From: Raillietiella orientalis
Taxonomy: Eukaryota
Assembly (NCBI GenBank): GCA_036172245.1
Contig: JAYWIR010000028.1
Coordinates: forward strand, 2,604,001-2,668,000
DNA length: 64,000 bases
Reading direction: 5' to 3'
This document shows, piece by piece, positions 13,101 through 28,100 of this stretch (position 1 is its first letter; each line of letters opens with the position of its first letter). Under the pieces are notes generated by a model. That model had not been told where the DNA came from, did no database searches, and saw only the letters and a program-made list of their open reading frames with translations. Both the position numbers and the translations under genes were made by a program.

Positions 13101-16100
13101 CTTCTTCTTCTTAAGAGAAGTTAAAGAGAAAATTCCAGTTTATTTTCAGTATTTATAGAACCATAATTTTTAACAAAGTGTGTCTCTGAGTGCATCCACT
13201 CGGAAATAAGAAAATGTACCATTTATGTGCTTGCGAAGAGAGGAAAGGGAGAAAAGCGAGGTTCATCATGCACACATAGATTCGGCTTTCAAAACAATAT
13301 TAAAAACGTACTTTATTTAAACGTATTTATCGAAACACACTCAGCAAACACACACGAAGAGATTTTAGAGACAAATCCAAAATAGCACGAATTACCGACG
13401 CAAGTGTTCCGAGGCTGGACAGGTACGGAGTTCCGGGCAGATACTCCAAAACATACACCATCTCGAAAAGCTGGGATGCTGCGGAGCATCCCGACTTTAT
13501 CCTGAATTTCGAGAAAATACCGCGAAAATGCAATTAAAATCCAGAGACCGAAGGTTTGCTTGGTTTGATGAATGAATCAACCCATTTCGGAAATCGACCC
13601 AGGATGAAGGAGGTGAAAGGGATACGAAGAAGAAGCGGTTTACTCACTTTCGCTGCTTCTTCTCCAGTAAGTTGTTGCGGGATATCTGTTCCTCCAGCAA
13701 CAGGCGTACATCGCTGAGATCTGCCGTCAACTTTTGGGATTTTCTCCGGAACTGCGAGGCGATTGCATGCTGTTCGTCAACTTCCTCATAAACATCGCGT
13801 AACTTATTGAAAAAAGGAATGGCAACTTGGAAAAAAAAATCAACCACCAACGCACCTTTTTCTCGTACAGCTTTTTCTGCTGCGCGACCTGCTCCATTTC
13901 TTCTTCTTGCCTTTTTTGAAGCTGCTTTCTGGTATATTCCAAGTCCTGGTAGATCCTTTCGCATTTTTGCTTGTACACATTGGAATCAGATTCTTCCGAT
14001 TCATTTGTGTCCAGAAATCCGTTCACCATTTCCGTACAAACTGCTTTACTGTGGGAACTACACTTGCTCTGAGAAGGTAACTTTTGTTTTTCACAGCGCA
14101 AAAAAATGTATTCGGCACCTTTAATTCTTTGAGATCATTTTCCAGTTTTATCCTATGCGACGTTTCCCCTTCTAATCTTTTGCATGTTAGCATGACCGCA
14201 GAGTGCTCCTCCGACAGCTCAGTCAACTGCAAAGGCGACGAAGAAATCAAATAAGGCAATGAAATGAAAAAACAACACATAAATGCATGGCTATCCTTGC
14301 TAAAGGGCAAAATGGAATGGTTGCATTTCCCCGCAGAGAATGCTTTGCTGCATATCACCCTTCCTTCAATCCTCAGAACAGTGAAACCGTCCCAATGAAG
14401 AGCTGCCTGAACAGCAGTAACGACTTCACATCACAAATTGGGAACGTGGTGCCTTCAATTGCAATTGGGAAAGCACAATTTTTCTATCCGGAAGATCACA
14501 TGATTTCAAAACTGGTTAGTATCGGAGACAGCGGCAACGTCTGAGGTGGCGACCCCTGACATCGTGCGACTTACCCTCTGCATTTGGAACCATTCTTAAA
14601 AACCTAATTTCATGGAAACTAATTTTTTTTTACTCGAAATTCGTTTATCGATGGAAACGGGGATATTCTGCACAAAAACACGAAACGTGTGTGTTACCAC
14701 TTTATAAGCAGGATCACACTTATTTCATTCAGCATGTTTCACCGAAGCACGAAGAGGCTTCAGTGAATATGGCCGTTACATATACTCAGTTGAAGGTTAC
14801 AGCCTATTCTGTAAGGCTATATAACCTTAAACTATCTGGACATTCCCAAAACAACAAATTGCTGTAAAATTATAGTTAGAGTTACGAGCGATCTTTGTCA
14901 TAGAAGTGAACAAAATACTTAAAAATGAGAAATGACGGTGAAAATGACACGTATTTCTGTATCCTGAAAAACTACTCGAAACTTTGAGCTCCACGACGCT
15001 TAAAGGGAACCTCCGAACAGCGACGTATTCCAATGCATATCGATGCAATATCTTTAAGCAGAATATGAGCACACCTCAAGCAGTATTGCAAATTAGATTC
15101 TAAATTGCCGCAGCACATAAAACAAACATTACTATCACGCTGTGACTTCGATTTTAACTGTCGCGAACTGATGCCCACAAATTAGACTTGGATGTAATAC
15201 TTTCATCAACACACCGGAATCACCTTCTGTAAGGTACTGGCGACACGATGATATTTTAAATGTACTTCCTCGGACATTCACGCAGTTCCTTGGACAACGC
15301 AATCTACCACGCATCTTCGAAGAATCCGGAATTTCTGTTTATTCAACTTCTGTATTATCCGAATCCTTTCAGCTTGCAGCGTTTTTCGTTTCATTTCTCA
15401 CGAGAGTACAGACATTCTGATACGCAGTGTACTTCAGAAAACAAAGCAAATAATTCATCCAAATTGCCCAGTTTATTATTTTTGGTCTAGAAATGCTTCT
15501 GCCCTCCACTGACTGTGTGAACAATCCATGAAATCCACCAAAGAAGCAAACTCATCCCGACACACGCATATAGTTGTTGGGAAGCAATTACAGACAACGG
15601 ATTAAAACTTTATCAGATATTTCTTGTTAAGGACATCTTACGATGCATAATCAGATCATTACGATTTGTAGTTCTTTGAAAGAGCTACTGAAACTTTCGA
15701 TCTCATCAACTTCGTATCATCCATCCAGAAGAAATAGTTTACAATGTTATTATTCAGATATGGTTCTGCTCTCTACGAAAAGCTTTTTCATATACGAAAA
15801 CGCGATCGGAATACTGGAGAACCAAAGGGTATCATCACCAAGGAGTGAATTTCATGATCCCCCTTGAAAAAGCAATCCACTAGCTAATGTGATTAGACAA
15901 AATTCTTCACTTGATCCAATCTATCACAACTTCTTCCGGCGTGCTCTTCTGTGCTTTTTCCTTAAAGCTACTTCAACATGTTACCGTATGCTCAAATACC
16001 GGTCTTCAATAAATCCTGGTCCACTTCCCAGCAAAAGTCGATTTGATTCGGTTTCTAATTTTTCGTGCTTTCACTTTTCTTGAAAGCGGAATCCAGAAAT

Positions 16101-19100
16101 CGGATGAATAGGATTGTTCGCTTCTTCGTGATTCCTGCGATTCTTTTGTCCCCCGGGCTTGTGCCAGAATGAATCGTCAAATCATTATCGATCACCACCT
16201 ATTACTTTTGTGTACATGACGAAGCTGGAAACGTGCTCCGCCATCTTTGCACTATCATGATGCACGAAACAGCTGAGGCAATCATAGCAACTCGCACCAA
16301 CAATGGGAAGCCGTTTACAAAATATTCCGTTCGGAGTTATTTTACAATGTAATTCAAATGAAAACAAAGTAGGTGGAGGAGGTGTTTAATGACAAGCTCG
16401 ATTTGCCAAGTAAGACCATCAAAATTAAATAAAAAGGTTAGTATGAATTGTTGACATAAGAACTCAAGAAAAGAGAGGGAGGGAGGGGCAATCAACCCTG
16501 TCATCGGGCTTGCAAAAAAAAAAAAAAAACAATGCTACCAATGTGCGCATATCACCCATTTTAAATTTCTTGGTATGGCCAACGTAAAATCACCACTGAA
16601 ATCCTCCCAGAATTTTGGCAACGAAAAAGACAATGGACAAATCGGTACTCAGTATTGGTGTTTTACACATGCAAATTACTGAATTCAATCATTAACGAAG
16701 AACACGTGAAAAATTACGAAAATCAGTGTTTTTAACTTTATCAACACCGATTTGGTACCAAATCAGTGTTCGCACTCATGAAAACTTAATTAGACAAGTG
16801 ATTAGTGCAACGGATTGCTTGTTAACTCTTAATTATAACTTGATATCGAAGGCGTGAAAAGTTAACGGCTATACGTGTAAACTGAGGTGGAAGCAACGTA
16901 TAAAACGTTATGGATGTATGCTGACAGTTTACTATTTACACAATTGCGAATCGCAATGAGTAGTGAGCTGAAAGAACGTGGGGAAGTTTCTCACGTGATG
17001 CCATGTTTCTAAAATCAGCTAATCATGTATACCATAACCTACAAAATCAGGAAATAGAAAAGTAGAAAAAATCCACCACTGGATCAAAGAGTTCAGTTAA
17101 TGATGTCAACACAAAGTGGAGCAAGGACGATTTTAAATGTTGAAAACCACAAGCGTTGACTGGAAGCAAAGGCTAAGAATTCAAAAGACTGCTGAGGAAT
17201 CTTCTGACTATCACATACAAACAGTGCCCCTGGATCACAGCTTCCAAAGCTTCCAATAGCAATATGATTCGTTCTGAGCAGAGATGCACTTTCCATGCAG
17301 GAGAACTCGCAAAACACTGCCCGGTCAGGAGAAAACTTTCAGAAAGAAGCACGTGGACGTGTGGAGGATACATCCACATTAGAATTCCAGACGCTTCGGA
17401 TATTTAGTCTTCATGTAAGACACTACTGAAATAACCTACAGCAAACATCTATTTACTACAGGGATTTCCCAAGCATTTTTTTTTAACTGAAAACCTGACC
17501 ACGTCACCGAATGTTTCTACGTGAAGTTCGGACTGTTCGGAATAACAGTAGCATAAGACTGACAGTTTACAAAACACGCAAAAGTGAATGACATTTTAAT
17601 TTTAAAAAAAAAAGTGCGATTCGCAAAATTCTCACTAGTGAGAAAGGGTTGAAGGTTTTCGGGTCTTCACTTCATAATCCTTGACCACAACATTCCACTC
17701 TGCGTTGGAAACCTTTGGGGCGTTCTACCAGAAGGCAAACCGCGTTGCCACAGGGACTTTCATTGACACGTGACGAGATTCGTACGAAATTTTTGAAACA
17801 TATGCTTTGCTGCTGTTATTTCTTTATTTTTTTTGTTTTTCTTAAATCAAGAACCCAGAAAATGTAAGATTCCTTCTTCAGGTGTTCCTTGATAAATTCG
17901 ATCAAAGCTGCTTCTAACACGTTTTAATTTCCTCAACTTCGTAAGTGATGAAATTATCCACAAACTCCAAAGCAATTCCTTGATAATAATGCCCCTTCTA
18001 TCGCAATAACAGTTATTGCAATAACAGGCCATGGTACGAAAAAACTTTTTTCTCATTTTTGTTTAGCCTTCCTCGTTTGTTTTCTTCAATTAAGAGTAAC
18101 CGTTGTCCAAAATTCAGCAACGCAAATAATAAACATTGCGATCCCGCAGGGAACGACAGAAACAAAAGTTACACAACGTACAATTACCGTACGAAGCACA
18201 AACATCTGCGAGATCAAAACAAAAACGCGACCAAACGACAGAATAAGGATGTAGGCTCCGATGTCATCGATGTCGGATTTTTAATTAAATTAACGCATGA
18301 ATTTATCAAATGCGAAGTGTACATAAAGGCAGTCAGCTTTCCGGATTGCAGAGTTCTTAACGGACACATCAAGAGAGAAAATTGCAATATGTACAGCAAC
18401 AGCCAATCAATCCGAACACACATGCCAAAGAATATGCCTGGAAGATCGTGAATTTTGACATGTAATGATGGATGATGGGTGCCTGATTCCTGAAGGAGCT
18501 AAAGTAAACGGCCATGTCTTATAAGGATTGTAAACAGTAATTCCCCAAACACCTTGGAAACACAGGCTTAATCCTGTGGAAAAAAGTGTTAATGAACCAA
18601 AGGTTCGTGTTTCGAAGAAAAGTGTACCGTTCATCCATGATTTGCTTCTTTGATTTTGATCATCACCGCATGACTCTTTGCAAAACACCCTTAGGAATGA
18701 ACCTTAAGCACAAAAAGTAGAATACAGGTGAAGCTTTTTGGAAATCTCTATGACAACTGCGTTCCCAGTGGAACCGCATGGATTTTAAGGGGGTCTCTAA
18801 TGGTTGTCGACTTCGTTCCGATTATTATATCGGAAGCAACGTAAAAAACAGGCGATACTTTGGATGAAATATGCTAAGACGTGAGGCATGCATGTGAGAT
18901 CACTTACGTGTAGACAAATGGATGTGAGCAACACAACTGCTTTCAAAAAAAAAAAAAAATGTAAAAAGCGCGAGCCAAAAAACCCAAAAAATATTTGCCC
19001 AAAGTACCAAAATCATTCGCTCGGAAACGCAGAGTTTTCCTACGCGAAAGAGAGCCTTTTTGAAACACATAATCAAAAAGAAATCATTTCCTACCAACTC

Positions 19101-22100
19101 GTTACGTGCAGAGGACTTATCCTCTAAACGAAAAAGGGAACACTGCCCTGCGTAGAGCAAACGAATTTAAAAACCATACTCAAAAATACTGATGCAGCCT
19201 ACTGTTCGGGAAAAGATTCCGTTTGGCTTGGCTGAATGGTTAGTCCGCAGTGAATGGATAAAATGGATTCGTGGCGGAAATGTGAATCTTCCCTTTCCTT
19301 ACTACCATAAAGGCAAGTTGTTGTTGCCAGGAGCGATTCTCGGATCATTTCCAGAAAAATGTTTTAGCACACACCCAACAACTGCATCGACTTTCCTCAT
19401 CCCATGATCCCCACAATTCAAAAACAAGTGATTGACTTTTGTTTCGTTACGATGTAGAGCAGAAAAAATTCTGCATGCAAAAACCCACGGCATAAAAATG
19501 TGCCATAACGAAATAACAGTTCATTCCACGGAAGTAACGGATGCCCCCAAACCGCGTGATCCTTTCCAAATACGGCAACAACTCGAACACCCTAACACAA
19601 CATCGAAGGAGGAGGACTCTCGATCCCAGGCTCCGTGGTTCCCAATGACCGATGCTTTGCAAATTCGTCGTGCAACAGTTCAGAAAAGCACACGTTTCAA
19701 AGTTTCTTGTACACAAACGGTCTGCATTCTCTTTAACTCTGATGGAAACCGGTTTCCTCTCATGTGAAGTGAAACAAAGCGCAGATCCGAGTCAGCCTCG
19801 ACTCGACAGAACGTTTCGATGTAACGTTCCAAGGGCTACGTACTCAATCTTGCATGAAAAGTTATCTTACCTCAGGAGTATCTGAATCGGTCATAGGGCA
19901 TCCCACCGCATTCAACACGTGCACGTCAAACTTATTAGTTCTAATCAAACTTCCTTTCGAATGGTCAGATCTCTTAAGAAAGTCCTGCACTGCCAGAGTT
20001 AATCTATGGGACTTCGTGGGTAAACACACGGAATCGAACATATCGGAAATAGCAGGTTCACGATTCATTTTTAAGCGAAAATAAGAATTGGGAATTACAT
20101 CTGGAGTATGCGACCGTCTGACAGCATCGTTCGTACCATCAGCAGATGAGAGGAGAAAAGATGGGCTGCTACAAACGGAAGACAAATTCTCATCATTTCG
20201 AAAGCTTCTCAGACCTCTGTATTGGTAAGGGCTCTTCTTGCAACGATTAAACAACTTTTGGCATTCGAAGCCATCGGATACTTCATTCTCTTCCATGATC
20301 AACGTATTCAAATGCAGCATGCGATTGATGTAGCACTAACAAGAAGTCGCAGCATCTAATCGAAAGTGCAATGCCAGAAACTAAAGTAACGTTAGCTGGA
20401 ATTGGCGTCACATCAATTTTTTCCCTCCTCCGTTTTGCGTGCCCTGCCAAATAAGCGCACTTCATGCAAAAAAATGATGCTTGCTGAAATTATCTTGAGC
20501 AAACTCAGAACATCGGGCACTGAACTATGAAATAAGATACGCAAAGAAACTTACACGGAGAGAGAATAACGCGTGCTTTGTTTTCGGAACACAGTAAAAT
20601 TTTAGAGCATATAAAAATACCATACCACTTACAGAGAATGCAATTTACTAAGATCAAGATATGTGTGTGTGTGTGTTGTAAACTTGATGGCGAGAACAAA
20701 AACACACGAATTGCAATGATCGGATTTTAGAATAAAATTACGAGTGCACTCGCTGAGTACAGAAAATCAAAAGAAAAGTGAACAACTTGCATACGAATAC
20801 ATGAAAAATGGTGTGACTACCCACGTAAGTGACTACTAGAAAAGTGACACAATGCTGAAAAGATGGATGAAAGTGGATAGCATAAACCGATTCGAGAGTA
20901 CACAGCATTCGAAAATGGGATTCAGTAATAAAATAAAATGAAAAAAGAGAGAAAATCTTGTGGAGATGGGCAAAAGTGAGTTCCCAAATCGTTTGGCACA
21001 AAGGCAGAAAACAGGGAGACGAGCGGGGAAGGGAAAATCAAAAACACACACACACACACACAGAACTTCACTAAAATGTAGTGAGAAGTTGCAATAGTAA
21101 TGTAGTCACTTCGTGCTGTTGTAAAAGGTCTTTATTCGTCCCTAGTAGGAAGCTTCCGATACTATACTGGAAAGTCTCTCGAACTGCGATAATTGTATAC
21201 GATGCAAATGGGCGAGACATAAGTATAAGCAGCAGCAGCAGCAGTGAAATCACAAAGTACCAAATCATATGACAAAACAGACTGAAATCAACCAAAGAAC
21301 CAAATCTGATTCAGCAGGTTGATAAAGTCAGCATAGTTTTCTCCATTCGTTGAAAAACAGACGTATTATTTCAAAACTGAAATAATTGATTTAATTAGGT
21401 ATGCAGCACAAAAAAGTCCAAGATGTTGGGAATTGATTGTGGCAATCTCCAAGCAACCACTTGAAATTTACGAATAGGGACAAGTGGAATTGTTATAAAA
21501 CTTGAACTCTCTATAAACACTGAATGGTATCGACCCAATCAGACGGAGAATCCAATGTGTGTTGACACATACCATAATGCTTTCACACACCGCTGACCAT
21601 CAGAAAATGCGAGATTGGTTACTGATGCTTCACTGAATTCCCTACCAATCGAATCCGCTGAAAGAAAGACAAAGGTTCGCAACAAAATAATGCGAAATAC
21701 AGAAATCCCTTCGAGCACCTTGAGATGACGGTAGCTCCCAACGTTACCAGCCTTTGACAACACTTTTTCGAAATTAATTTGTGTTTTCTAATGAGAGAGC
21801 TCAAATAGTGTGAATGTTAAAACGATGGGCTACTATAGAGCTTCAACAATATTACACAATCATTCCATACAAAATATACGACCTATAAAAATAAGTTTGA
21901 AAACGGTACAGGAAGTTCTAAGGTTTGAAGAACAAAACTCAGCTGAGTACGGACCTATGACCGGTTTTTAATGAATCGGAAAATGAAACGCCAAATCATA
22001 CTCCATCAGGATCTTTGGTAGAGTGTGATCATCACGAAACGCCAAGTGATCCAGAGCCTTCGACGCACTTGAAGATCGTTCCCAGAAGCAAGGAGCTCTG

Positions 22101-25100
22101 GGATAAGGATGACCAAAGTGATCCCGCTGTTCATCAGCGTCCCTTGGGACACGGAAGTCTGGATCCACAAAGCCAAGACGCCGCTCCATAAATGCGAGCG
22201 ACTGCCGAACCGCGGAGCCATCCACGCACGAAGAGTCCTCGCGTACAAGAGAGCATTGGAAAGCAGAATAACCCGCAGGACCCGCGGACTTTGGCAAGCC
22301 CAAGGCACGCAGTGGCTCAGAGTGAACCCCCAGACCAACAATTTGAAGATGCAGAAAGAAGTCATCCCAACAGGAATCGTGGGAAGGAGGAGGAGCGGAC
22401 TAGGAGAAGACGCCCTCGAACCACAGGCGATCGGGACACTCGCTTGTGGAATACCTCCTTGCTGCCGGACATTCGAGACTGCCCCCTGATGTTCTACCAC
22501 GGAAGCGGCACGAGGCTCGAACACTGGACCAAGAACCCCGACGACGGCCAGTGCCCGGCGTGCGGGTCGACCGAGAACGATCTACACATCTACATGTGCC
22601 GCACCCTTGTCGAAAACTAGAGAGTGATGAGGTAGGCGACCGGAATGGACGACACGCCCAAACTGGAGATTCTACGAGGACTGTTTGAGAGAGAAGATGG
22701 TGTCCCCCGATACAACCCCACCGCTCGGGTAATCGTCGCGTTCTTCCTGAGGAGCATCCTCATCAGGAGGACGAAGCTGATGAGGAGCCACCTGAGCAAC
22801 GCCCGGGACATCCCACAAGGACTCCTGAAGAAGGAAATTAGCATTCGTGTGTGAGGGAAAGTACCATCCTGGACTCTCCTGGGGTCGCTTAAGAGTTGTA
22901 AAGTGCGGGACCAGGATGGTGCAGTGATTTATCTGCGTGAGTCGCAGTGAACTTGCAAGCGACCCACCGCTCGCCATAGTGAAAATGCTTGCTTGTTTGT
23001 TTTATAAGTTCAACCTACCGCGACCCGGACTGGGGAAAAATGAATAGGAAAAAAACCCTGTATGCTAGCGACCACGTATAAAATGCTTTTAGTTGCCCGT
23101 TGAGCTGGGTGCATTTACTAAACAATTTATGTAATCTGTGTAAATTGTATTTCTACATCTGTGTTAACATAAGAGTGACCTTTAGTATAATGTGAACTGC
23201 GTGCAATTACCATCACCAGATGTACAAAATGATACAGAGGTGACAAAATATTTCCAAACATGTTAAACATTAAATCTTCATTCATATGAAGATCTCTTGA
23301 GAAAAATATACATGATACATAAGCCATAACCCTATGGAATCAGAAAAAAGAATACGAGGTAATACATCATAAAAATGGAAATATCTACCACAACAAAGTT
23401 AAAAATGGAAGAATTTTGTAAAAACCCACTCAGACTATTAGAATATCAGGAACTACAAAAAGAAAGAGTAGAATCATTAGGTGAAACCAAACGGTGGATT
23501 TTAAAAAAAATAAAAGATAATCAACTGTGTACTGTACGGTGTACAATTTGCAGAATAGAGGTCCAAATTTACAACAGTTTGAAAAATTAGGAGAAACTCA
23601 GTTAACTTAAGAACAGGAATAAGGATAAACAAGCTAAGGAGAAAAACAAAAACAGTGTCACTGATCTCACGCATCATTAAACTGAGAGAAATAGTTTCAT
23701 TTCGTAAAAAGATAAATTTAAAATGTGAAAAATTGCAGAACAGTTTGAAGAAGTAAAAATTTCGCTTTGCCAAAAAAACACACACACATGGTACGTAATC
23801 AAACAAAGTTGTAGTTGTATTCGAAATGTAACTAGGGACATTACAATTTAATCCAAACAATTTCAGGTATACATCGACTGAAATGGTCTTACCTACATCA
23901 TATTATATAAAACATATAAGCTACAGATCAATAAGTTACTCAACGTTCCTCAGAAGCAAACTTGGGTCCAACGAAAATACACTATTAAATTACTCTGGAG
24001 CTAACGATGAGAGAAAAAATAATACGGAGAAGAGAATAAAACACCCTTTTTTTTCTTCTGCATACAGATTCTCACAAAAGCTTTCATAATACTATAGTGA
24101 TTTCGACTTTTCCTTGCAATGATTACAACGTTCAAAGAGATTATAATCGCTGCAAGAGACTGCACAGCAAGTTGCAAGAAATTACAATTATGGATCAAAG
24201 AAAAGATCTCTGAATAAAACAAAACAAGTTAGCTAAGTGAAAAAATAGACGAAACTGTTGGAAAGCACAGCCCCAATTCAATTCCGCTACAGGTTACAAC
24301 AAAAAATCTAAGTTTTTGTGATGATATGGTACTTCAAAATTTCACAGGAAGGTGACAACTATTATTGCAGTCATTATGTCGCCTGATATAGTCAAAAGAG
24401 GTCCCACAGACAGACATGACCTTTACCTACGCATCAAATATTGAACCTAATAACCAATACTCAAGTATTTTTCGAAATTCAAATGTCAAATGTGTGCCAA
24501 AATAATTAGCATCAAATGACTTGTAAATAATTTATGAATTTATTTTTACATAGAACAACAGTTCACAAATGTGACTGGCATGAAGGCCAATGATAATCTT
24601 CACACTGGACTCCCTTAGGACTGATTCATTACGTATTTAATTTGAAGTCTTAACTTTTTGGTACCATAACAACGCTACGAGAAAAATTTGCGACCTCTAG
24701 AAAGTACTTACAGAAATAAAGATGGTTCTGTCATGAAACAAAGAAAGAACATTTAAGTAATGCACTTTATATGATATTAAGTCTTTATTACTAGTTCTCG
24801 TTATTGGTGTCGTCAATTTTACATAAACATGGGTGCAATCCTTACAAAAAGTGCTACTCGTACGACGACCAACACCCTTGCTTCAACTTGGGTGGCACAA
24901 CTATGTACCAAAATTGGAGAAATACTTTGCTTTGTTCACCCAAATTCTGAGAAAGCAGAAATCGGCCAATTCTGGGTCTAGTTGCAATTGTGAATCAAAA
25001 GAATTGTAATTTTTTGAAATGATAACATACATAGAATTACGTAAATTTTTTAAGACATCCGATTATTGGAGCTGAAATTATTTCTTGCACAAACTGAGGC

Positions 25101-28100
25101 CAGAATGTGATGAAATGGTACAAATGCATAGAAGCAATGCAAGAGCTGCGTCATAGAGTGCCAGTAAGAAGCCTCTAAAGCAAATAAAATTACTGCTTGC
25201 CAACAATTTCAAACAGATCTTAAAACCAACTGCTTTATAAATGTGCATGAAGCTTTTCTTACACCATTTGTTGTAAGTGATAAGACTACACCATTCTACT
25301 AAGTACCACAAATACATGCAGACATGTGTACAAATTCTGGAAAATGTGTAAATGAGCTCACCTCCATCTCTAGATGTAGTTTTTCATTTCTTGTCAAGTT
25401 CAATTCAGCCTCCAGTTTTTCAATCTTGGATTTGAGATCAACAATTTCCTCCTAATAGAAAAAAAAAAAAAAAAATCAATAACGACAATGTAAAAACAAG
25501 AGCTCCTAATTACAGTGTTTAGCCTTAATTGTTCTTCCATGTGATGCACATTGAGAAGGGGTTTAATACTGACTAGGAGACGCCACCAGACCCATTTCTT
25601 TACTGCCATATATTGACGAGTGTTACGTTGGATGCATCGAATAGCCGTATTTTGAAGCTGAAAAACTATTCAGGTCATAAAAAATAAAAAGACATATACC
25701 TGAAGCTTGCGAAAATGTTGACGTCGAAGAAATCCTCTGCAAAATGCTTGGAACTGGATTATGCGATCATGCAACTTGGCATGTAGTTTGGAATCAAGGA
25801 GTGCAATAACTCCGGTGCGAAAAAAGATCTGAAAAAGTCAATCAATTTGGTAAAGTTTCTAACAAATGCTACTTCTATCTCATGAGAAAAAACAATCTCA
25901 CTCTTAATAAACACAAACCTAAAGTACGAGAAAAAAGCTTCATGTTCACCAAGTCTAAGTACAAAAAACAAAAATACTTTCACACATATGGGCAAAAGAA
26001 GTAAGTTACATTTATTTCCATAAAATGATAATTGAGTTGCACGACAAGGCAAGACATCAGCTAAAGAACTACATAAGAGCTCGTTTCATATGGACAAGAT
26101 TCAGGATCATATGCCTGCATGTGCAGTCACATCATGTTTTCTTCATACAAATACTTATTTAACTTTGTTAGAGCTCAACTAGGCACTACAAAAAATCCAC
26201 CACTCATCAATACAATAATAAACATCAGCAAAGACCAATATTTTCTGGTCAAGAGCACTTTGGAAATTAGTAGTAAACCACAGAGCTTTGATGTATTGGA
26301 AAATGAAATATCAAATTGTGTGTGCAAATTCTCAATTCATCACGTAAGACTGAAAGATAAAAGGTTCACTAGATTCTTGCTAGCAAATTTCAAATGTAAA
26401 AATTGAAAAAGACTTCTCCTCTTTGAAAACAAAGACCCTGACTGTTGAATTACAAGTCATGCTTACATGAAATCATTTCAAAGAGACATTCATAAAAACA
26501 AGCATTTGTATAAACACATACATGGTGGGAAAAAACGATCTTTCAGGAATCAACTAATGGAAAAACCAAAACATAGCCAAGGTGAAGACTTGACTATAAA
26601 AAATGTGACTGACTAGATTACTGATGTGTGCGAAGCAAGAAATAAATCCAACTTTTACAAAACAAAAACCCATGGTCTTACCTGAGTCAGGCCAAGATGA
26701 AAAGACGCTCTACTAATATTCAGATGCTCTAACAGCTCAGCCAATTTCTCTTCTTTAAGAGGCAGATCGAGTGTAGGAGTAGGTAATAGCAAATGAAACT
26801 TATGCAAAAACATTGTAATAGGCATATAATCAGGAAATCCTTGCTTGTGAATACGAACTTGTTGCAACACATGCGTCGCTCGTATCTATGTTCTGTTAAG
26901 CCCCAGATCCACTTCAACAAATAAAAATTCACCTGTGATTGTAAGATTTGCACATCAAAAACACTGGAATTATCACCAATGCTCAGACACTGAACAAAAT
27001 GAACGTGCGTACGACGTAACATCTCCAAAAGCTCATCTGTTTGAAGTTTCATCTGGGAAAGCATGCACCGCCTAGTAATGCCTGATGTAATGTGCCATCT
27101 ATGCATATTGGTCAGTCGTCGTAAAGATTTTGCAAACCCTGGGTTATCCATCTCAGGGAAAATCAAATGACTAATATTTTTTGGTTCCCAAAAAGTCTTT
27201 AGGAAAATACTGATATCGTATTTAACAGGCATATGACCCTGCATATGTAGAATAGTCAAATACTTGGTCACAGGATCTTTTTTGATCCACTGCTCACTTC
27301 CTATGGTATACTAAAAGCCATTCACGTTTACATTAACAAACCTGGAATGGCACATAACTGATCCTGAATGCTTTCCTCTTGCATAATTGGAAGAGTTGCT
27401 TGTTCTTCAATTAAACAAAATAGACCTTTTGATCCATGTCCACAATGTATTTTGTTGGAATTAGGATAAGAATCCAAAAGGGATATTAATTGGGAAGGGC
27501 TGCACATATTTTCAGGCAAAATATCCGTAGGAAGATTCACCTGTTCCTGTTGATAACATTCCAAAGGTGAAATGAAAAAGCATTGATGTAAAAAATGAAG
27601 CAGTCTCTCCTGCAAATAATTATAACACAGATCTGTTATTGATGGCACATCCCTGGAGGGAGCTACATTCTGAAACCCAGGTGTGTCAACAACCATCAGG
27701 GAATGCATGACATATGTTGGTTTACAAATACATCTAGAGAAAATTAATAGTCACTTATAGATTCGCCTACCTGTTGATTATGGACACTAAGAGAGTGATC
27801 AAATCCCAGTAAAGAGCAGCCATCATATTATGCAAACTCTTCTCACTTTGTACTGATGACTTGGGGGAACAAAACATTTCACTCTAAAATGTGCAAGTGC
27901 AACGCTATTCTTATTAAGTAACCTCACCTACTGAAAACATAATGCTCATAAGTTTTTCCAAAGTAATGCCTAGCAAAGTAGCTGCATTTTGTATTCTCTC
28001 TGAATGGGAAATGGTGAAATAACTAGCTTCCTTAAGCTGCAAAGCTGCTACCCATAAGTGAAGGATAGCAGCTATAATTTTGCAAACTTTTATCTGCTCC

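Noticed and set aside
19225..19300. A-box-like TGGCTGAATGGTTAG (tRNA 5' half)
   Set aside because: No B-box/T-arm or acceptor stem follows.
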